Below, piece after piece: positions 57,411 through 64,000 of a stretch of DNA of 64,000 bases. The translations under genes and the position numbers were made by a program. The DNA is from Saprospiraceae bacterium (GTDB lineage: Bacteria > Bacteroidota > Bacteroidia > Chitinophagales > Saprospiraceae). How positions within the stretch are numbered: the first letter of the stretch is position 1; each line of letters begins with the position of its first letter. The DNA lies in the NCBI GenBank assembly GCA_045105695.1, contig JBGCDT010000055.1, positions 16,538 to 80,537 of the forward strand. Direction: 5' to 3'. Below the pieces are notes generated by a model, which worked only from the letters and a program-made list of their open reading frames with translations, searched no databases and was not told where the DNA came from.

Positions 57411-60400
57411 TTATCGCTGAAGGATCATTCGTTTAGTTTCTAAAAATCCTGGGGTTGTCATTCTGTAATATAAAACACCGGAGGATAAGCCTTCGTGATC
57501 AATGCTGAGATTATTATACCCCTTTGGGAAAGTTTGCTCTATGCGCTTCACCTCATAACCAGACGCATCAATAAATTCAAAAATCACAAAACTCTCTTTC
57601 GGTAATTCAAAACCAATTATGGTTTCTTCATAGAAAGGGTTTGGGTAATTTTGATACAAACGGAAAACCCCATCAGTGATTTTACTATCATCGAACCGCA
57701 GTCCCACGTTCCAAAGATCACCTTCATTATCATAAGCTTCTGATTTTGTATATCGTTGACTAATATTAATAGCATCACTTAGAAGTACACTTTTTTTAGC
57801 TGTAAAACCAATGTAGAATAATGCAGTTCCTTTCTCTACACTAACAGGCTGGTGACTTGTCCAGCTAGTAGTTATAAAACCTTCGTTTAATAAACGCAAT
57901 CCAAAATTCCCCATTGACAATTTAGGAAGATCTCCCGGGTTTAAATCAATAAAGGTTAATAGCTCTTCATCAAAAAACAGACTAAACTGATAGCCCTGCA
58001 TCTGGTCAAAATTTTCAGCGGTAAAAGGAACCATGTAGGTTTGTCCTGCGTGTAATTTTATATCCTCTATTCCAAGTGCCAACACATCCTTCATCGTTCT
58101 CGGTTCACTTCCTAACAATGAGTTTACAACTGCGCTTTGGTTGACATCTCCAGCTTTTATAGCGACAAAATCCTGTTGCAATTCTTCTGTTAAACCATTT
58201 ATGAAAATTTCTTCTGGAAATACAGATGTAAAAGGATTATTAGAATCTGTGAAAACATAATCAGCTGGTACGAATCGCCAGGATTCATTATTATGAAATT
58301 CAGTACTAGTGTGCAAAATCAACTTACGTAATTCTACCATATCCAGAGTGGAAATACTACCTGAATTATTTACGTCTGCGGCAATCATACTGTAAGGGGA
58401 GTCTAAGGATTCCATCCCTAAAATATGTTTCGCTATGAGTACTAAGTCGTAACTGGTAATTCCATTTAAAGGATCTTCATTAAGTTTTGGCGTAACCGTG
58501 TAATTATTGTTATAAGGTAAATTAGAAAAACTATAGTAACCAGAGGAGTCAGTATTACTTAAGCTATTTACGAGTCCTTCTAGCTTTACCGTGGCGCCTT
58601 CAACCATCTCTATATCTTCTGTGAAGAGGTGTCCACTGGTTTCTACCAATTGTGGAGGAATGTTGCAGAAGTTAGGAGAAGGCAGAGTCAACGTAATATC
58701 ATTCCCACAAGTACTGCTATTTCCAAAAGCATCATCAAACTGAACAGTAACCATAATCTCAAAATCATTTGGTGCAGCAGCAATATAGTCACCGCAATCA
58801 AAAGTAAGATTATCTACCAATGTTCCATCTGACAATAAGAACCGAACATCTTCTAACTCACATTCGATAATGGTAGAAGACATATCCTCAGGCTCTACGG
58901 TAACTGTTCCAGTGACTGGGTCTAGCATAACTGATATCTGTTGACAGAATTGGGTAGGTGCTATTTCATCAAACACTTCGATTTTTCTGGTACAAGTAGT
59001 CAAATTACCACAAGCATCAGTAGCCGTATATGTAATCAAGTGAACCCCTATTGGATATTCAAATGTAAAGTCTGAGTTATTAGGTAAATTTATTTCACTA
59101 GAATCAATTGTTGTATCTGAGAATAAATCCAGTGTAAAATCAAACACAATAAATGGGTCGCTACTGCAATTATCAGTCGCCGAAAAAGATACGGTAGCAG
59201 GTAGAGAACAGGTCAATTCAAAATCAGGAAACATAGGTGGTACATCTATAATCAATCCTATCGAATCGTTTTCACAACCCATTATTACTGGTCCTTCCGT
59301 ATCACTGAATGTAATGGTTTGAGTAGCCTGTGAAGTATTTCCACAAACATCTGTAGCTGTCCAGGTTCGTATTTTTGTACCTGTACAATCATCTCCTGTT
59401 TCACTATCAATGGGAGTTAGTATTTGTGGTACTGTACAATTGTCTGTCGCTGATGGAATTCCAAATTGAACATCAGTTAGGCAGGCAACTGTTTCATCAG
59501 TAGGTACGAATGTAAATGTCGGATCGGTTGTATCATTGTAAGAAATGGTTTGGCTGGCGGTTGAGGTGTTGCCGCATTCATCTGATATGGTCCATACTCG
59601 AGTACGACTTCCAGAACATGTATCTCCTATAGCGGAATCAGCAACATTTGTTATATCTGTCGAAGTGCAAGCATCGTCAAAAGTTGGATTTCCAAAGATT
59701 GCATTGCTTACACAAGGGACTGTCATGTCTGCAGGGATACTTGTAAAAACAGGTGGTACATTATCATTATAGAAAATGGTCTGACTAGCAGTGGCACTAT
59801 TACCACAATCATCAGAAGCAATCCAAGTTCGAGTTAATGACCCAATGCAAGTGTTCAGCGTATCACTGTCTAAACTATCTAACACTACTTCTACACAGTC
59901 GTCGATGACAGTTGGAGTACCAAAAGCGACTTCAGAAATACAGGACACATTTTCATCAGCGGGTACGAATGTGAAAGTCGGTGCATTATTATCGCTGTAG
60001 GAGATGGTTTGACTGGCTGTTGCGCTATTTCCGCATTGATCAGAAGCAATCCAAGTTCGAGTTAATGACCCAATGCAAGTGTTCAGCGTATCACTGTCTA
60101 AACTATCTAACAATACTTCTACGCAATCGTCGATGAAAGTTGGAGTACCAAAGACGACGTCAGAAATACAGGATACATCTTCATCAGAGGGAACAAAAGT
60201 GAAAGTTGGATCAATCGTATCAATAAAATTTATCTGCTGACTAATCGTATCCATATTTCCACACTCGTCCGAAGCAATCCAAATTCTAGTAGCACTACCA
60301 TTACAATTATCTCCAATAGAAATATTCTCAATTTCGACAGTGACCATCGAACAATCATCATTCGCTATAGGCATTCCAAAAACAGGATCTGCTCCACAAT

Positions 60401-61592
60401 CAATGGTTTCATCCGATGGAATATTGGTGAAATATGGAGGTACATCATCAACGACTGTAATGGTTTGAGAAGTAGTTGCAGTTAAGCCGCCACACTCATC
60501 TGTGGCCGTCCAGGTCCTAATCCGGATAGTTGTGCAAGCGGTCAGAGGAGAGATATCATCTGAGCTTGTAAGTACAGTTCCACAAGGATTAAGCGCATCA
60601 GGGTCTGGTCCAAATATAGGTGTCTCATCACAAGAGATAGTTTTGTCTGGAGGGACATTACCAAAGCTAGCAGGATGATCATTTTCTATGGTGAAGTTTG
60701 CAGTAATACTTGTACTGTTTCCACACTCATCAGTTGCTGTAAATGTAACGGTTGTAATTGCTTTACCGTCGTCATCACAGCTTGTATTGAGCATTGGATT
60801 TGCCGGATCTGTTCCTATGGTAACATTGTCTGAGCAATCATCCGTTGCTTGCAAACCATCTTTGACATAGTCCAGCCAATGGTTGAACCAAAACTCCTCA
60901 TCTGCTCCACATTCTATTTTATTGCAAACGGCTGGAGGAATTTCTGTAATAACAGGAGGGGTATTATCGAGGACTGTTATAGTCGTAAAGCAGGTACTTG
61001 TTCGTCCGCAAGCATCTGTTACAGTGAAGGTGACTACCTGTGTTTCTTCACAATTTACATCAGGGAACGCTGTGTAATCATTTGTAATATCTAGATCAAC
61101 TTGGCAGGAGGCATTCGCTTCAGCAATTCCAAGATGGGTGGCTATGTAATCATCATTATTTGAGTCACCACAAGTTAGGATCAGGTTGAAAGGAGGGCAG
61201 CTTATTTCAGGACCATCATTGCCAATAAGAAATTCGCGATCCAATGAATCTGCTCCACCACAGCCATCAGTTACGATGTAGGTATAGGTATAGATTGCGC
61301 CATCACAATTAGGTGTACCGGTGATGACTGGACCTTCTAGCGTTACTACGGCTCCCAAATCGCAATCTAAATCATACTCAAGATCTGATATGTCAGGATG
61401 AAACATGTCTGCGCAATATTTAGCACATGGAACAAAGATACTTGTTATGACTGGTGGATTTATGGTTTGCCCAACGTGATTTGATTTGTCTACACTAAGC
61501 GTATTTGAACTGAGATCATCGTTAGCCATAACATAAGTTGTCAGTAAGGCAACTTGTAAAAGTATTGTTATAAAAATGTTGAAATGTTTCAT
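57411..61592 (-). CDS. 1393-aa surface protein: HYR-like Cys-containing tandem repeats, dockerin-like and cohesin-like modules, T9SS type A C-terminal sorting domain
   Basis: Signal peptide. At least 8 repeats of about 76-90 aa fit the pattern P.FT..P.D..V.C....FG.P...D.C......DS..GD.C.G..TR.W.A.D.CGN....SQTI. A dockerin-like segment (DVNNSGSISTLDMVELRKLIL) follows. The C-terminus is Por_Secre_tail-like (LYQNYPNPFYEETIIGFELP...GVLYYRM). Confidence 0.8.
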   Translation of the reverse strand: MKHFNIFITILLQVALLTTYVMANDDLSSNTLSVDKSNHVGQTINPPVITSIFVPCAKYCADMFHPDISDLEYDLDCDLGAVVTLEGPVITGTPNCDGAIYTYTYIVTDGCGGADSLDREFLIGNDGPEISCPPFNLILTCGDSNNDDYIATHLGIAEANASCQVDLDITNDYTAFPDVNCEETQVVTFTVTDACGRTSTCFTTITVLDNTPPVITEIPPAVCNKIECGADEEFWFNHWLDYVKDGLQATDDCSDNVTIGTDPANPMLNTSCDDDGKAITTVTFTATDECGNSTSITANFTIENDHPASFGNVPPDKTISCDETPIFGPDPDALNPCGTVLTSSDDISPLTACTTIRIRTWTATDECGGLTATTSQTITVVDDVPPYFTNIPSDETIDCGADPVFGMPIANDDCSMVTVEIENISIGDNCNGSATRIWIASDECGNMDTISQQINFIDTIDPTFTFVPSDEDVSCISDVVFGTPTFIDDCVEVLLDSLDSDTLNTCIGSLTRTWIASDQCGNSATASQTISYSDNNAPTFTFVPADENVSCISEVAFGTPTVIDDCVEVVLDSLDSDTLNTCIGSLTRTWIASDDCGNSATASQTIFYNDNVPPVFTSIPADMTVPCVSNAIFGNPTFDDACTSTDITNVADSAIGDTCSGSRTRVWTISDECGNTSTASQTISYNDTTDPTFTFVPTDETVACLTDVQFGIPSATDNCTVPQILTPIDSETGDDCTGTKIRTWTATDVCGNTSQATQTITFSDTEGPVIMGCENDSIGLIIDVPPMFPDFELTCSLPATVSFSATDNCSSDPFIVFDFTLDLFSDTTIDSSEINLPNNSDFTFEYPIGVHLITYTATDACGNLTTCTRKIEVFDEIAPTQFCQQISVMLDPVTGTVTVEPEDMSSTIIECELEDVRFLLSDGTLVDNLTFDCGDYIAAAPNDFEIMVTVQFDDAFGNSSTCGNDITLTLPSPNFCNIPPQLVETSGHLFTEDIEMVEGATVKLEGLVNSLSNTDSSGYYSFSNLPYNNNYTVTPKLNEDPLNGITSYDLVLIAKHILGMESLDSPYSMIAADVNNSGSISTLDMVELRKLILHTSTEFHNNESWRFVPADYVFTDSNNPFTSVFPEEIFINGLTEELQQDFVAIKAGDVNQSAVVNSLLGSEPRTMKDVLALGIEDIKLHAGQTYMVPFTAENFDQMQGYQFSLFFDEELLTFIDLNPGDLPKLSMGNFGLRLLNEGFITTSWTSHQPVSVEKGTALFYIGFTAKKSVLLSDAINISQRYTKSEAYDNEGDLWNVGLRFDDSKITDGVFRLYQNYPNPFYEETIIGFELPKESFVIFEFIDASGYEVKRIEQTFPKGYNNLSIDHEGLSSGVLYYRMTTPGFLETKRMILQR
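59781..60236. repeat. two adjacent 228-bp tandem repeat units inside the surface-protein gene
   Basis: A 74-nt stretch is identical at 59811-59884 and 60039-60112 (offset 228 nt = 76 codons). The flanks are more diverged, and older diverged units continue on both sides. Confidence 0.85.
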
Positions 61593-62085
61593 TACAGTCT
61601 TTTTTTAATTATTTAGCTTCTAATAAATAGGGATTCTTAGCTTTGGCAATACAATCTCAGCCTTACTGACGAGATTCATCGGAAAGATCATTTTGTGCAG
61701 GAGCTTGTATGCTTCACATCAATACAGAATTAATACTTTGCGTATTAGGGTAAGTTTTACAGAGGGCATTTTGCTGCCTTCAGAAGTGGTTAAATGGTAA
61801 GAGCTTTTGGTGGCTTTTGGATTTGGATTGTTCTGAGATTATAAGTACTTCTTGATACGGTTAATTTATTCCTTGATACTAGATTCATCTTTATTACATA
61901 TATAAATATTCAGCATAAAACTAACAAAAAGCAACTTTTACGTATATTATTTTTTATTAATATGTTTTACTTGTTGATTTACTGTTGAATTCAGAGGACA
62001 TACGAATATTCACTTTTTTAGCTTCCTTTGCCTATGCAAATTTCAACTTTTAGTTCTCAACTTTGTTGTTTTCAAAAAATAAGTA

Positions 62086-62853
62086 ATGGCACTAAAATTC
62101 AAAGCATTTGGTTCTGGTGATCCAATCATTATACTTCACGGTCTTTTTGGAACGCTGGACAACTGGCAAACTATGGCCAAAAGATTAGCTAATGATTTTA
62201 CTGTTTTTATAATCGATCAACGTAATCACGGCAAATCTCCACATACGGATAATATTAGCTACCCCTTGATGTCTGAAGATCTCCGATTGTTTATGGAAGA
62301 TCATTGGATGTATGATGCGCATATTATTGGTCATTCAATGGGGGGGAAGACGGCTATGCAATTTGCGCTTGATAACCCAGATATGGTTAATAAATTAATT
62401 GTAGTAGATATAGCACCGAAAGCTTATGTTGGGAATCATGAGTCTATCTTTGATGCTTTGTTTGCAGTCCCTTTAGAGACACTGGAAAGCAGAGGAGCAG
62501 CTACGGATATTCTTACTAGCAAATTGGGAGAAGACCCTGGAACTATACAGTTTCTATTAAAAAACTTAACCCGTGAAAAAGAAGGAGGCTACAACTGGAA
62601 GATGAATCTGCCTGTGCTACATAAAGATTATAAGAACATTTTGGCAACAGTAAAAGGAGCAGAAGCCTTCGAGAAAGACACCTTATTCATCAAAGGTGGA
62701 AAGTCCGATTATATTTCGTCAAGTGATATGACTATGATTCAAGAACTTTTCTCAAATGCTAAACTCCAAGAGGTTCCAGAGGCGGGGCATTGGATACATG
62801 CGGAAGCTCCCGATGCATTATATAAACTCTTGATTGACTTTCTAAAAAACTAA
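62086..62853 (+). CDS. alpha/beta-fold hydrolase (YbfF-like esterase)
   Basis: HGLFG oxyanion region, nucleophile elbow GHSMGG, and a C-terminal AGHWIHAE histidine motif. Confidence 0.8.
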   Translation: MALKFKAFGSGDPIIILHGLFGTLDNWQTMAKRLANDFTVFIIDQRNHGKSPHTDNISYPLMSEDLRLFMEDHWMYDAHIIGHSMGGKTAMQFALDNPDMVNKLIVVDIAPKAYVGNHESIFDALFAVPLETLESRGAATDILTSKLGEDPGTIQFLLKNLTREKEGGYNWKMNLPVLHKDYKNILATVKGAEAFEKDTLFIKGGKSDYISSSDMTMIQELFSNAKLQEVPEAGHWIHAEAPDALYKLLIDFLKN

Positions 62854-63251
62854 TAATCTTGGTTTGGCATTGTTTTTATCTTTATGGAGTAGCGATATAG
62901 ATTTACTATATTTTTCTCCCCTCCGACATCAGTCGGAATCACGACAACTCCCCGTTATGTGGTTATCTGGTAAATCAACGCTGTACTCCCTCAAAGAATC
63001 CTCCCGTTATTGAAACAAGCTCCGGCCTTTTACAGTTTTTATCTATATAAAAGCTTCTCTGACATATTCCGTAGATTTACACCATGGATTATGGAACGTG
63101 AGAAAGATCCTGATAAAACTTAAAAACCGGTGTAACTTTAAGCCAAAGTCTTTTTGAGTAAAACTTAAATAGCTGGAAACGCAATAAATTAGGTCCTTTT
63201 GAGGCTACTTTACTGTAAACGTTTCTCTGCTCTGTAAAAACACCTTTTATT

Positions 63252-64000
63252 ATGAAGATTATTACCCGCTTTTCGAAGCTAACTGTTGTGATGCTTATTG
63301 CATATTTGGGGATTGCCGCCGTTAGTTCTGACCACGGAAAGTATTTCGAAATTTCCAAGAACATCGAAATTTTCACCAATCTGTATAAGGAAATCAACAC
63401 CTATTATGTAGATGATATTGACCCGGCAAAGCTAATGCGTACCGGAGTAGATGCGATGTTGGAATCACTGGATCCATACACTAACTTTATTTCTGAATCT
63501 GAGATTGAAGGTTTCCGATACATTACGGATGGAAAATACAACGGTATAGGCGCACTCATTCATCGAAAGGATGATATGATTGTGATAACAGAGCCTTACG
63601 AAAACTGCCCTGCGCACAAGGCTGGTCTAAAAGCAGGAGACATCGTTTTAGAAATTGATGGAAAAAATGCAGTTGGAAAAACAACTGATGATGTGAGCGA
63701 TATCTTAAAAGGTTTCCCGGGAACGGAAATAGAACTAAAGATAAAGCGACCAGGCGTTTCTGATAATATGTCAATCACCATGACTCGTGATGAGGTGATT
63801 GTTCCAAACGTACCACACTCTTCTTTCGTAACAGATGACATTGGATATATTTCACTTACCACTTTTACGAGAGATGCAGGTAAGAATGTTGCTGAAGCTT
63901 TGAAAAAATTAAAAGCAGAGAACCCAGCATTGAAGGGAGTAATCTTTGACCTTAGAGGAAATGGTGGAGGTCTACTTACAGAGGCAGTAAATGTTTCTAA
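63252..64000 (+). CDS. S41-family C-terminal processing peptidase; 3' end lies beyond the right window edge
   Basis: Absent from the ORF track because it is edge-truncated. Hand translation: MKIITRFSKLTVVMLIAYLGIAAVSS...YNGIGALIHRKDDMIVITEPYENCPAHKAGLKAGDIVLEIDG (PDZ)...GVIFDLRGNGGGLL (S41 hallmark). The - strand ORFs 63089-63400, 63556-63774 and 63596-63862 are antisense noise. Confidence 0.85.
   Translation, partial: MKIITRFSKLTVVMLIAYLGIAAVSSDHGKYFEISKNIEIFTNLYKEINTYYVDDIDPAKLMRTGVDAMLESLDPYTNFISESEIEGFRYITDGKYNGIGALIHRKDDMIVITEPYENCPAHKAGLKAGDIVLEIDGKNAVGKTTDDVSDILKGFPGTEIELKIKRPGVSDNMSITMTRDEVIVPNVPHSSFVTDDIGYISLTTFTRDAGKNVAEALKKLKAENPALKGVIFDLRGNGGGLLTEAVNVS

Noticed and set aside
63089-63862. 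Three - strand ORFs (63089-63400, 63556-63774, 63596-63862)
   Set aside because: They overlap the clearly recognisable + strand S41 peptidase gene, which has a PDZ domain and the DLRGNGGG motif and runs off the window edge.
1-64000. Defence island, prophage, integrative element or biosynthetic gene cluster
   Set aside because: I found no nuclease/helicase/ATPase defence-type genes, integrase, phage structural genes, toxin-antitoxin pairs or core biosynthetic enzymes. The two tRNAs are not flanked by integrase genes or direct repeats of their 3' ends.

Overview
This 64-kb chromosomal window comes from a low-GC (roughly 38-40% by eye) member of the Bacteroidota. Gliding and type IX secretion (T9SS) hallmarks are gldE-gldD, two giant surface proteins with T9SS C-terminal sorting domains, a hybrid two-component sensor, an ECF-sigma/FecR/TonB-receptor/DUF4249 module, and TAnnTTTG-type -7 promoter boxes. 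I call 44 protein genes, 2 tRNAs (Gln-UUG, Cys-GCA), about ten intrinsic-terminator hairpins, two families of short REP-like hairpin repeats, and one intragenic 228-bp tandem repeat. Two of the genes are cut by the window edges and so are missing from the ORF track: a GAF-domain protein at 1-2194(-) and an S41 peptidase at 63252-64000(+). Most genes are housekeeping: ade, mutY, ssb, recA, pth, rsmA, pdxA, lspA, a dksA-like gene and a yqeY-like gene. Several genes appear to use TTG starts (mutY, gldE, hybrid sensor, lspA), and several ORF-track starts are over-extended. I see no rRNA, CRISPR array, cas genes, integrase, phage genes or recognisable defence genes, and no unambiguous novel system. 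The candidates most worth follow-up are: (1) a tightly coupled DUF4956 / HlyD-type adaptor / TolC-like operon with no recognisable pump; (2) a 23-nt hairpin motif in inverted orientation that brackets the ECF-sigma/TonB-receptor cassette between two convergent genes; (3) an IS200-like/RAYT-like transposase next to nested inverted REP doublets with compensatory stem changes; (4) two diverged tandem pth paralogs behind a promoter-plus-hairpin leader. All functional calls rest on my reading of motifs in the translated ORFs; no database search was run.
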